A stretch of 64,000 bases of DNA from Pecten maximus (Eukaryota): positions 23,808,001 to 23,872,000 of the forward strand of contig NC_047023.1 of the NCBI RefSeq assembly GCF_902652985.1, given 5' to 3'. The translations under genes were made by a program, and so were the position numbers. A model generated the notes under the pieces. It was not told the DNA's origin. It made no database searches and was given only the letters and a program-made list of their open reading frames with translations. Position 1 is the first letter of the stretch. Every line of letters starts with the position of its first letter. Positions 34,305 to 46,923 of this stretch are shown piece after piece.

Positions 34305-37300
34305 ATGCAATGTACAATGACATCTGTTATCATACTGATGGCGATGCTGCCCTATTGTGTATCCTACAAGGACCAATGTATGTATATCCGTATCATAATA
34401 TAATTTGAAAATGATATTTCATAAAACATTTGTAGTGTTTCTATGTTGAAGAAACGTCAAATCAAAATATCATGCGTATGTATTGTATAGTCATGAATAA
34501 TATGTATGTACGTAATTATGTGGTTTTCTGGCCGTGTATTGATGTTGACTCTTGTTGTAGATGTGAGGACCGGTGATACAGCCATCTTCCGGTGTCCTGG
34601 TGCATGGGAGAGGGTATGTATGATCATTTCGTCGATGCGTATTGCTAAAAATAGATCATGTAGTCATAAGTATGTGGTCATGTAGTAATAGCGACAGTAC
34701 AAACGAGTAAATATCGAATTTTCGAGGCTATCCTCACCTTTATTAAGACACAATTTAAGTTCAAATGATCATATACAGACATGGAAAATGAAACAGTTAC
34801 ATAAGAGTTTAGTATATAAACAACAAACAAAATAGTTATGTTTGTGTGGGGAACAGGTATCTTTATATATATTTATGTAAAAATGAACATGTTGATGGTG
34901 TGTAGGATGGAAGTTGTTGTTCAGTGTAATGTAACCAAGTTTTTGTCAAAGTACGGTACTCCCGTGAATGCATAGTTATTGATAAAATACTTTTGTTATT
35001 TATGTATATACATTTTTAATACAAAATACTATGATAATGAACTGTTCCATTAGCTTAGAGTGCTGATTTAATTCAGTATTGACTTATCTTATAACATAAT
35101 GTATAGAACCAGTAAATATTGACCAGGTCTTGACATAGAACAGCTATTTATTTACCATGCACAAATAGACAAACTCTATAAAGAGACAAAATATTTCGTA
35201 GGATCTCTTGGGATCTCTTAGGATACATGTAACTACTAGTTTCGGTTTTGAATGTACTAGTATGTTTTTCACACTGAACAAATTAAAACAATAAATGCAA
35301 GTTTGCTGATATCCTTTTAGACTTCCTGGATCCGAGGAACAGAAACGCTTAAATATGAAGAAGACATTATAGTTACTGACAAGCGATTTACGTTTAGAGA
35401 TGACGATGATGAACAGTTGATGGCATTGTCGGATACAGAACATGCGGACAGTAACATGTACGTGTGTCAATTAGATACAGGGGAAATATTGGTGGAATAC
35501 AAACTCGTAGTATCAGGTAGGTCTCATTTATAGACACAAGTATTGGGTACATATAACTATAATACTTGTAATAGGTAGGTCTCATTTACAGACACAAGTA
35601 TTGGGTGCAAATATCTATAATACTTGTAATAGGTCGGTCTCATTTATCTATGATACTTATAATAGGTCGATCTCATTTACAGACACAATTATTGAGTACA
35701 GATATCTATAATACTTGTAATAGGTCTATGTCATTTACTGACACAAGTATTTGGTACAGATATCTATAATACTTGTAATAGGTCTATGTCATTTACAGAC
35801 ATACGTATTTGGTACAGATATCTATAATACTTGTAATAGGTCCATCTCTTGAACAGACAAATGCTTTCAGTAGATATCTGTAATACCTTTCAAGAGAATG
35901 GTAACATTCTAGTTTGTGTTAATTTATTGAATATCCTATCAGCAATTTCGAATAAAACGATTTGTTGTTCCATGCTATTCGTTATATACAAATTTTACTT
36001 TATTTACCCATAACTGAAATACAAAGAATGATAAATGATTTGGTTTTTCTATTTTCATCAAGAACCTCCGGCGATCAGAGTAGTTAATGGCAGCTTCAGT
36101 GGACCCTTGATGGAGGTCAATGAAACCACAAACGTAAGCCTATGGTGTAACGTAACTGGAAATCCAGCACCAACTATCTCTTGGTTTGCCTACTTCAATC
36201 ACATAACACCGATAGGTAGGTAACGTGGCCCTTTTGGTTGTTGTAGCATATTGATAACACACACACATATACAAGTTTTAACCTTGCTTAATCAAAATTG
36301 CAGAATACTCAAAAATGTTTAAGAAATACAATACTAATAGGTCGAGAAAGTGATTCTCCTTTTAATTTATTATCTAAACAAATGTGTTTGTATTCTTAAG
36401 GGAGTCATATAAAATTGTGTGACGTCTCCAATTCAGAATGACGTATTGTCAGGAAAATTGTCAAGAATGCTTTTTAAAAGACAATTTAGTCGTCTAATAA
36501 GTTTAAATTCTACTAGGAAAGGACATACAAATGTATATCATTAAACAGACTAGTGACTGGTGTCCACTATCATCACCCGCTCCCCAATATTCCAATCAGA
36601 GCCTGCAATTGTGATGACTTAATTTGACTGTTTTTATACGAACGCAATTGTGCCAGTCTGTTACATATGCTGATCCACATAATTGCCAATATCCAAACTG
36701 GTTTGCTTCACGACCATACTCATTACCTAGCTATACATAAAAACGTTAGCATTCCCGGTTACTAATTATTCATTCTTATTTGACTTTTTAGAAATCGGCC
36801 TTTTTGGACCAAAACTGCACATAAGAAATATTTCAAGACATTGCCCTTGGCGATACTACTGTGAAATGAAGTTCCTCAAATATGAGGATAGCACGTTACG
36901 GAAGGAAATGAATCTAACAATCAACTGTAAGCTATTTATAGGAGGATGTATCTAGACCGACCATGCTAATTCATTTCATGATGCACATATAAGCTTTCAT
37001 AAGAACTTTTATTAGTAATCTACGACACTTCCTTATTGTTTACGTACATGTCTCCATTGACGTACAAAGTATAATAACATTGCATTGATAAGTTGATTTC
37101 ATAAACCAATATTCGTGGTAAGAGTATAAATACGTATTTCATGCTTTTCATCAATCTAAAACAACTGCCGGTAAGGACTGGTATATAATACACGTCTTCT
37201 TTTTAACCCCTCCTTACTGTATCGTTATTACATTTTCCGTATTTGTCACAATGAAAGAAATTTTTAAATTATTAAATATGAAAGATATACATGTTATTAT

Positions 37301-37786
37301 TCGTCTCTCTTCCTCTCCCCTCTTCCTCTGCCTGGCATCAGATCAAATCTCTATATTTCAAGTGTATATAATTAATATTCTCTTTCAGATTCGCCTGATA
37401 TTGTGCTGCAAATCTCGAAGAGATCACTTACAGAAACAGACTGGCATCCAATGAGGTTCAATGAAACAGAAAATCGCTTACCAGCAATCATTACAGACCG
37501 AATACGTTTGCATTGTTTAATTGACACGAGACCTTATATCTCTAGTACCTGGTTATTTAACGGTGTACCATTTGTGACGCACGTCGTAGGCAAGGTGGAA
37601 GAAATGGTAAACAATCCCCCTTTCCTTTACGATATAACCAATTTTAGGCATTTATTAGATGGTATGTGGGAGGTACTTACTGTAACATTGAAGTTTCAGT
37701 CTAATAAGTATTACGGTTTGTATGAGTGCCAAACAAACAATTACCTTGGAAACAAAACGGCTTCTATTCTCCTTTATGAACCATAG
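34305..37786 (+). CDS. Three-Ig-domain lachesin/amalgam/IgLON-like protein, apparently secreted, 335 aa. Exons 34305-34377, 34561-34613, 35321-35516, 36063-36215, 36792-36926, 37389-37786
   Basis: Signal peptide MTSVIILMAMLPYCVS. Ig1 (GDTAIFRC...SWIRG...DSNMYVCQ), Ig2 (EVNETTNVSLWCNVTGNPAPTISW...RYYCE) and Ig3 (LHCLIDTRP...YYGLYECQTNNYLG). All introns GT-AG with consistent phases, total 1008 nt. Confidence 0.88.
35517..35860. repeat. Intronic minisatellite, ~58-60-bp unit, about 6 copies
   Basis: Repeated ggtctcatttacagacacaagtattgggtacagatatctataatacttgtaata, starting at the exon-3 donor. Confidence 0.85.
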
Positions 37787-39158
37787 AAGTTATGACATAT
37801 GAGACAGTAAATATTGGGAAGATACGACTTCACACCATATTTGTTTTGTACTATTTGTAATTTCGAACACCATGTGGCTGCCATTTGTTTGTATCAGATG
37901 TCTTACTCGTCATTACGTCATGACAGTGAGATTCCCTAACTTCCAAATTAAACATGAATGATTTTAATATTAATAAAAACACATGTCATTGCTATTTTCC
38001 TTTGTACTTGTCCTTAGATGTACATAATGTATATTTAGTAATAACCCGTTAGGTACCTCAAGGGATTCGATGTGTAAAGTTTGTTCTATTCCTCGGGTAT
38101 TTACGTTTGGGCAAGATATTGGGCAAGATATTGAACAAATGAAAACAAACTACTGTATTGACTAAATTATACTATTTTTTATGAAAAATTTACAAAGATT
38201 GTAAACTTTTGGCAATAACACTCGAAATTGTGTGTTGTTTCGAACCAAGTAATCTACGTGATTAAAACATGAACATCTTGTGACGTCCACGTGCATCAGC
38301 TGTCGCAATATTCATATCTCACATCTCTAAAAGGAGACACATTTAGACAAAAACAGAATTATTATCAACTTATATAGTAATCGAACACAATAAAAGTCTT
38401 GAGGAAGAAGGGTCAATAGTGAACTTTAATCCTTTGAGTTTGACCTATGATCTCCGGAAAATGATCAGTTGTAAATATCAGGGCCTCCCAAATCACTGGT
38501 CATTGGTTAAGAATGGGATGGAAAAAGCGGCCACGCCCCCTCCTAAACTACTCCCCCCAGAAATGATTTACAATAGAAATAATGACTTCATCGCAACACG
38601 TTTTTCTTTTTTTACTTTTCCTTTTTACTGATGAAATAACTGAAGTTTCAAATTTCTCCAAAACACATCAACTTACTTGAAACCCTAGATTTGTATTTAT
38701 GTGTATAATTCTAGTAATGGTTATATAGGTGTATTGTATCGGAAAGTGTGGCAAAGGAGCATAACTAGGACTGTTTACATGGTTTAAACAATATCAACAC
38801 TTTACTATTGCAATGTATCTGCCAACATTATACTTTGCCTTCCAACATGAAACCGACAAAAGCAAGATTAAACCCTTAAAAATACACATGGACTGTTTGT
38901 AACATAGGTTATCAGAAGTATGTCATGAAAGCATATAAGCTACAACTGTGTTGGTGTAAAACACATTTAATGTCATTAAGAGTTTCCCGGTGTATCATAA
39001 AACACACGTACTTATATTTAAACTGATCCTTTAATCATATATAAATGTTAGATACATGCATACAAAATGACAATTAATACGTTAAAATAATGGTTGCCCA
39101 TTGTCATATATTTGTTTAAAAAGGAGAACAATATACGACATGTTTGAAAGATTACAGC

Positions 39159-42100
39159 TTAACCAAAAGACGTTCCGTGGTGTGAAGTTGTCTGAGAAGA
39201 TTTCTTGATGAACACTGGTGGATCAGATGATTCGAAGCTGGGGATAACCATGCTATGGATGAGGCCATGCGTTACAGTGTGGAAAACAATGGAATCTAGA
39301 TCATACACGACGGCTGCCAGCCCATTGCCTTTCCCGCTGAAGTTGTCGGCGGAATGTTTGGGATAGAGATACCAGCGGGCGATGCCATATTGCATCACTA
39401 GATGATGGTGAGGTGAAGACACATGCAGGGTAATCGTTCCGTACAGATCGTTGTGATAGGAGCCGACATACTGGTTGATATCACGATGGAATGGGAGGTT
39501 CGTTTCTAATTACAGAAGACAATGTGACGTCTTTCTTCATCCATGGTTCTGGGAAAGTACATACTGTCGTTTCGTTTAACCAGGGGGTTTCTCCTAACGC
39601 GATGTCAGCAAGGTAGTTGTGAAGCAGCGTTCTTAGAATGTAATGAGGGATCGGAACCGGTCATGGATGTAAATATTCCAATGTCGGAATCGGGGAAGAG
39701 TGTAAGAAGAGATGAGAACCCGGAAATGGTTCCGGTGTGGCGGAGGATTGGGTATCCTGTCAAGATCAAATTAATGTGATAATGGATACATCTTTATTAT
39801 AATAAAGTCGCAATATAGCGGGTTTGTGATTGGACAATCTCACTCTTCTTATTTTCTATATTCTGATCCTTCATGGGTAATATAAAGTCACCTTTATGTA
39901 ATAGAGATTCGCAAGCAAAGCTCTATAGATGTAAGATTCTGCAAAAGTACAGGCGTTATTTTATTAATTGGGTTGTTAAATAAGAAGATTTCATTTGAAG
40001 TACGGTTTGCAGTATGACAAATTCATTATCTAGGTTTTAGGCAGGAAATTTGGTCTCCTATCACCTGTCTGTTTTTTTTTTTTTTTATATTAATGCATGA
40101 AATCCATACAGGTGATATTAGGCCATTTTACGTCTAAAAGCTACATAACTAGTAATGCGCAGCATTTTTTTACGTTAACAATACTGTATTTTACTGATAC
40201 ACCATGGGGAAAGACAGGTCATTCCAGGCTAATTAATTTTATTTGTTCAACTAAATAATATTGCTCTAAAGACTTTTTTTTTAAAGATATCTTCAAAGCT
40301 TCGAATGCATAAAGGACCTATCAAAAGCAGGCTAATGCTTTCAAATTTGCTCACTCAAAACATTATTACACTGTGACATCATTTTATGTTTTCATTGTAA
40401 GAATTTGACCGGAACCGCTAGCATTACCTCGGTAGTAGCCATTCCTCCATCCAAATGCGTAACTGTACTCGGTTGTCGTGACTGGCACTTTGGGTCTGCT
40501 GAAGTACTTGGCAATAGAGGAATGTCGGATGGGATTCCGGGGATAATACATAGGGGATAGCACCTCACTGTCCACAACCTGCTCCCCCGAGATTCTTCTT
40601 CCACCATTGAGATGAAACATCATCCATTTCGTCATGTCTTCTGCATTACTCATAACACCTATTGCACCCACCATATTACTCCAAGCTCTGAACCAGAAAT
40701 AAAGGTAGTGGGAACTTAGTATTTTTTTTCAATGTGCGCTATATGTTTTGTAAAACCCTATATGAATATGATTATTCTCTCTCTCTTTTTTTTAAATATT
40801 CATGCCAATCTTTTATCATGTGCTAGAGTATGTTCAACTGCGCCGACGATTTATTCCAAATTACAAAGTATACACAGCTCTTATTGGGCATATATTAGAA
40901 ATAGAATTGATGAACAAGTAGTACAAAACAAGTCATTGTTTGTTTATATGCTTGCCTGAGTAAATCAAAAGGAACAGCGTGGCTATGTCCTGTGTCTTGG
41001 ACGGTGACATATCCTTGCGCGACCTTTGACACGTTGACGTCAACGGTTGAAAGGAATGAAGAGGATGTCATTCCTAGACGTGTATATAAGCTGTTCTGGA
41101 CAAGTTTCTCCCATGATTTCCTTCCGAGTTTTTCTGATATAGCAGTGACCAATCCATACATAAGATTGTTATATTCGTATACACTTTGGAAAGGGTAGTT
41201 CGCCTTCAAATATTTCATGCGTCTGTAAGTGAAAAAGTGAAAGCTTTTTCTAAAAAGTATTAATGTTAAAGATCGTATATTACCCTTTCTGTTGGGATTT
41301 TCTACCATTTTGAATCATATACACAATAACCACTTCTCTTAATCAGTTATACATAACAAATGATTAACATCACTGGAACGAGTTCTAAAATCATAAGCAC
41401 AATTTCTTGACATACCTGCCGATATATTAATTGTATAATAATAATTTTTAAAGTATCTGTTGAGCATTGATAAATTATTATTTTAACACAAAAGCAGTGA
41501 AGAATACCGACATAAAAACGAAGCAAAAATCCTAGCTCAAAATCAAAAAATGATGACAAATTATAAACAAGAAGCTAGATTAGCATGTAAACTCTTCAAG
41601 TACAAATATAATGAGACCAATTGCTCCGGCAGAGTAAACGTCTCGTGCTTCCACGACGACACCCGTCATTCAAATATATGTATAACAACAAGCATGAAAT
41701 ACATCTGCATTCATACAACATACAAGATATGGAGTATCTCCGAATGAGATCAGGATGTTGACAACTGTGCATATTGATATAAATAGTATGATACATGTAT
41801 AACGATTGATGGAATGCAAACCTGGGTAATGTTTGAAGTGTTAATGTCGGGTCGAGATGAATCATGTTGTGACTTGGAAACCCCATGGTGTGAGACAAAA
41901 GGTCCCTGATCGCCGCATATTCTGTTCGAAGGCTTGTAGAAAACTGGAAACCATTTCCTAAAATGTCGGCCACGTTAGAAAAAATGGTAAGGCTGAAACA
42001 ACAAATGTAAATGATAATCAAATATTGTTTCTTAAACACAATTATAATACATTGATATGTCGGAATATCGCTTAAAACTTTTACTAATTTACAAATGGTG

Positions 42101-43132
42101 TGACTTTGATAATAGCTCTCAATCTTTATCCACAAAGGTATGCTTTTATGAGTATATACTGTTAACGTATATATTTTAGCAGAAATCTCTTTCTTGCGTT
42201 TGGAGGCAATTCGCTTAATTATGATTGCGCTTATTGTCCTTTCTACAAAGTATTCATACGGATTATAATGTAAGTAAGCCAATACTTAATTGCGCTAATG
42301 GGTCAATATTTTGTAGTGCGCGATAAGTTGTGGGCGTCAAAATTAGTACGACTGCTGTATAAATATGGTCCAGCGGTGTCAATAACTATGCTAAAGAAGA
42401 CCAACTTTTAAAATGACAGCCAATGAAAGTTATACTAGATTATTACTCATCACATAATTAAGAAATACCCCCAGACATTAAAATTGGTTCGGATATCTTA
42501 TAAGGCTAACTTGTGTTTGGCTATCTGCTTCAGTAGAAGGGTTGCAGCGAAAGCTTTACTGACGGAGCCCAAGGCGAACAGTGTTGTGTTGGTTACCGGC
42601 TCCTGGGTAGTTTTGTCTCTCACTCCATATCCTTTAGAGAGCAGCACGTGCCCATCTTTTACCACGCTCACGGTAAGTCCAGGGTGGCTCGGATTACACC
42701 TGAGGACCTGAAAGGATATCCATTTAATGCTTCAGAATTGTATATACCCGTACGAGCACTCTGGGTGGCAAGCTCGAAACCCACGTGGGACAGTTGCCTG
42801 GTGCTAAGGTCGATGGTTTTTCTTCGGTACCCCGACTTTCCCCTACTCCCAAAACCAGGCACGTCCTGAAATGACCATGTCTGTTAATATGACGTTAAAC
42901 CAAATAAACCTTAACCAAACCAAAATAAAATATACGGGAATCAACAGGCATTGCTGTGGTAAATATATATTGGGCAAGACAGTCCAAAGATGTTTATAAT
43001 TAAGATGACCCACATCCTCACCTCTTGCAGAACATGGTCTACCGTACGCTCGAATAAGTGCCGACACAGCGACAAATGGCAAATGATGGTAATACATCCA
43101 ACAAACATCCATAACTTGTTATGGCCCGCCAT
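39159..43132 (-). CDS. Secreted beta-lactamase-fold serine hydrolase (gigasin-6/AmpC-like), paralogue A. Exons 43132-43022, 42707-42511, 41992-41822, 41222-40956, 40687-40428, 39756-39159; two +1 frameshifts in the last exon (pseudogene or assembly error)
   Basis: Signal peptide, SxxK (GSVSK), LLSHTMG, YxN (YEYNN) and HTG motifs. Internal exon sizes 197/171/267/260 match paralogue B. Extra bases at ~39647-39649 and ~39503-39506; removing both gives 533 aa collinear with B. Confidence 0.85.
42747..42925 (+). mobile_element. Truncated tRNA-derived SINE (V-domain-like) in intron 1 of paralogue A
   Basis: B-box-like agctcgaaaccc, central ggtttttcttcggtaccccgactttcc and tail gacgttaaaccaaataaacc. 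Confidence 0.55.
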
Positions 43133-45330
43133 AACTACATGTATGTTGGTCGGCCGGAATATCAAGTCGACACCTTATCGCTTTTAAACAATCATTATGT
43201 CAAGGTATAGCGGTTCCTTATCTGTCCCGGACATTTCTGATTAGTAAATAACCTCTCTAGATTTATATTTATAGATGGTTATAAACAGACAATAATTACC
43301 CTTTAGGAACGTCTGGTCTTAGTATAAATATGCTCTTAGTGACTTCGTGTAAAACTCTTTGTTTTCACATTTTATATTGAATTTATTACTTATTGCATCC
43401 CTGATTACTAGATTAACACCACGACAAAACATTGAGATAGCGAAATGTAATGTCAGGCATAAGAAAGATGTACGAAGCAGTATGCAGGTTAACATGCCAG
43501 GAACATCAGTGATCATGTAAACTGACAACTTATCCCTCCTCCTGGGACTGTGTACTGTAATGTAGTTATTAGTCCTACCTAATCGTCAAACAATTGTCAC
43601 ACCCCATCGATGTTTTACACGTGTCATTCATGACTACGTCGGAGTTTAAGATATCAGTTTTGATGGGGATGCTATTTATGAGAATCTCATCTAGAGGTGT
43701 CCATCACCTATTTGTGTCCCGCTTTGCTACTTGACCTTGATCACAAAGGGTCACGTAATCATAAAGGTGTTGGTACACTTTTTAGCCAAAAGTATTTTCA
43801 TTTTGTATAAAGAGTGGCCAAGTGACCTCCTCCAGCATCAGAGTCGTGACAAGCGTAAAGGATGTCTTGTCAGGAGACCGTTCAGTTCCTTAATGTAATA
43901 GTTCCCTTAGGAAAGCATTACAGAATTAAAGGAAGGTTCCTTAACTGAGATTTCCCCTTTAACCCTATACTGATTTTCTATGGAAAATTTTGATTTAAGG
44001 AATTTTCTGAATATAAGGAACTTGGCCCGATCTCGTGTCGGTACTGCTAACGTAGGATGAAAACTGTCCTCCATTTGGGTATTTGATAGTGGTTTGTAGA
44101 ACGTATTGGTATCATTCCCATGGGACTACTTTAAGTGTTTTTGGCCCTGTGCCAGTTGACCCTTGCATATCAGCATGCAGTTAAAGTTCTGACAGGTAGA
44201 GTGGAAGAGTGAAAGATGGATGCTTTGAGAAGGGAATGTTGGTTTGTAAAAAAAAAAGATTGAAATTATAACTACAATGCCCTGTGATACATTGGTACAA
44301 ACCAGGCGTGTTCGTTACAGCTGACTTAAGCTCCTGGGCGATGCTATAATCCTGCCTGGTCTTTGGTCCGTGCTAAAGAGAATTATAGCTTTCCAAATCG
44401 GGGGTGGGGGTGGGGGTGGGGAGTGATTTTGACATACCCTGGTGTATCGTCGTCCTCTGAAGTCACCCACCGCGACTAGATACTTGCAATTACCTGTAAT
44501 GCCACGGCTTTAGCTCCTCTGATACCACTGTCTGGAGAGTGTATCTACAGATTGAGTGTTGACACTTTGAGGATACGTTAATCTCATAGTCATAAAGCTG
44601 AAGATGAGTGCCCAACGTGTTAGTCAGTTGTTGCTAGTGTTTAACTATTTTTGTACTTGATGGTCTGTGTATATAGACTTGTATCTCACCTCGTTCATAG
44701 CATCAACAACTGTAAGAAATCTTACTCATTGAATGGTAATTTTAATATTAGATATCAAGCTTCATATGAAACGGAAGATGATAGTGACTAAACAATTGCT
44801 GTTAATTGCTGTTTGAAATAGCATGGAAAGTAACCATCCATATTTATCTACAATTCTATTATCATATCTTTATATACTGCTGTATCTCATAAAAAAGCTT
44901 CCTTATATTTGGAAGTTAAGCACTACAGGGATTTCAGTGCTTTGTTTATTTTTGTAGGGGATTTTGTTTTGTTTTAGTCACATTGTTTCCTCACGTGCCG
45001 ACAGCACGTCAAGGTATTCCGTAGCGGTTGAGACTCCGGTGTCTATTTTTATCCTAGATACATGGGAGGTACGTGTATGGTTGTTTATATGCTGTAATCG
45101 TGTGTGTATTATGATCGTGTCAAAAAGTTTCCTCCGTCGTCTCAGAACACACTTCCGGGATATAATATTTGTAGTTGGTACTTTTTAAGTGTGTGGCTGT
45201 TAAGTTTCGATGACTCTGTCCATCGCCGTGTCCAATACGGTGGCCCAATGTTGTGACACTTAAGAAATGCTTCGAGATACTTCCATTTCGCAGAAAAATA
45301 ACTCCTCATATATATTCATTTGTGCATTCA

Positions 45331-46422
45331 TTATACTGCTTTTGTTAGTTCAGAGGCGTGTTTACACTTCTCGATGTTCATAACCAAATGTTGCATCATG
45401 TTTTTCCTGTACCTAGCTTTAAATGCACGTATGATGCCAAGATCCAGCGGCTGGAGTTTAGATGTGGTATTGGCTGGAAGGTACCTCAGGGTAACATTGC
45501 TAAAAGTTAGGTCATGGGAATGTGAAGTGGCATTGTCCAAAAATACCAGTATGTGTCGTCGTTGTTTTTTCATATCGCTGTTGATTCTTCCAATCCAGTC
45601 CTTAAAAGTTTCCGATGTCATCCAAGATTTTTTATTGGAACGCCACAATACCGGTAGCTTGTCAACATTTATGTTGCCAAAACATCGCGGTTTTCGTGCT
45701 TTCCCAATTACCAACGGTTTCAGTTTTTCTCCTACGCTACTGCAACACATCATCACAGTTAATCTTTCTTTTGCTAGTTTTCCGCCTTTACATTCTTTTC
45801 TTTTCTCTGCTAACGTTTTGTCCGGTAAAGCTCTAAAAAAAAGTCCGGTTTCATCACAGTTAAAGATGTCTTTATTGTGGTAACCAGCTACAATACTCGG
45901 TACTCTGCGCTTGTAATCATTTACTGACTCTATATCCACATCGGCACTTTCACCACAGACTTTGAAATAACCAATAGAATAACGGTTTTTCCAGCTCTCC
46001 AACCATCCATTAGATGCCTTAAATTCCTCTAAATTTAATTCTTTTGAAAACTGTAGCGCTTTCTCATGAACGATCAGACCACTCAGAGGTATGTTTTTTG
46101 CTCTAGCTTGAGAGAACCACTTGAACACTGCTTCATTTAATTCCCCGTATTTTGATGAACTTGGAAATCTTTTTTTCTTCGACTCACAGTTTTCTTTAAA
46201 TTGACTGTTGTACTGTTCTCTCCGTTTTAATATGTCGGAGACAGTTGCACGGCCGATACCATATTTCAAGCTGAGTTCCTTTTGAGAAAGTTTAGGAAGC
46301 TTCTCGGAATCGGCAATTAATTGCACCTTTTTTTCCAAAGTTAAATCTGTCCGATGTCGCTTAGGTGACGGACTACTTGTATCCGTTAAAAGTCTTTTTT
46401 TACATGTTGGTGAAGAGGCCAT
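45331..46422 (-). CDS. Tigger/pogo transposase (psq-type HTH + CENP-B HTH + DDE_1), 363 aa, C-terminus probably truncated
   Basis: LTLEKKVQLI, YGIGRATVSDILK and FKASNGWLESWKNR motifs. Catalytic FNCDETG, LDNATSH and QPLDLG with DD30D spacing. Uninterrupted ORF. Confidence 0.92.
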   Translation of the reverse strand: MASSPTCKKRLLTDTSSPSPKRHRTDLTLEKKVQLIADSEKLPKLSQKELSLKYGIGRATVSDILKRREQYNSQFKENCESKKKRFPSSSKYGELNEAVFKWFSQARAKNIPLSGLIVHEKALQFSKELNLEEFKASNGWLESWKNRYSIGYFKVCGESADVDIESVNDYKRRVPSIVAGYHNKDIFNCDETGLFFRALPDKTLAEKRKECKGGKLAKERLTVMMCCSSVGEKLKPLVIGKARKPRCFGNINVDKLPVLWRSNKKSWMTSETFKDWIGRINSDMKKQRRHILVFLDNATSHSHDLTFSNVTLRYLPANTTSKLQPLDLGIIRAFKARYRKNMMQHLVMNIEKCKHASELTKAV

Positions 46423-46923
46423 GCTTAATTTTTAACGTCCGTTCACAACCATAGCAAATCAAACACTACCAAAATATCATTCTGTATTTTCTGACATTTA
46501 CTCACTACATAAATTCAAACACTGCCAAATTATGATTCTGTATTTTCTGATAATTACTCAGTACGTAACAGGTAAACTTATATGTGTATACAGTACAATA
46601 ATCCCCCCTTTGTACCCCCGCTGCACTGCTCGATCGTCACCTCGAGCGGAACGGTTGTGTACACATGCGGTGGGACAAACTCACGCAATTTTTAATCTCC
46701 ATTGAATTCCGTTCCGATATATGTCGGATTTACCAGGTACATTTAACTAACAAAGATAGGTTGTTGTTATAGAAATATGTGTCGGAATTCGGAACTGACA
46801 GTGACCGGAAATATCAGTGTTTTTATACACTGAGAAAGAGCGGAATTTCACGGGAATACGGTACAGTGTCGGATGTGACAGGATGTCGGAAAAGTCAGGT
46901 GTCGGATTAGACAGGTTTCACTG
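45331..46923 (-). mobile_element. Tigger/pogo (Tc1-mariner superfamily) DNA transposon, 3'-truncated
   Basis: 5' TIR CAGTGAAACCTGTCTAATCCGACAC (minus strand from 46923) next to TA. No matching TIR seen downstream of the ORF. Confidence 0.85.

Noticed and set aside
44250-44720. Degenerate LINE endonuclease fragment (minus-strand LVAVGDF-like motif)
   Set aside because: Only one short motif amid stops and frameshifts, too weak to call without an HMM search.
45320-45883. 187-aa plus-strand ORF, and similar antisense ORFs over the GPCR and hydrolase exons
   Set aside because: Antisense shadows of real coding sequence with no independent support.
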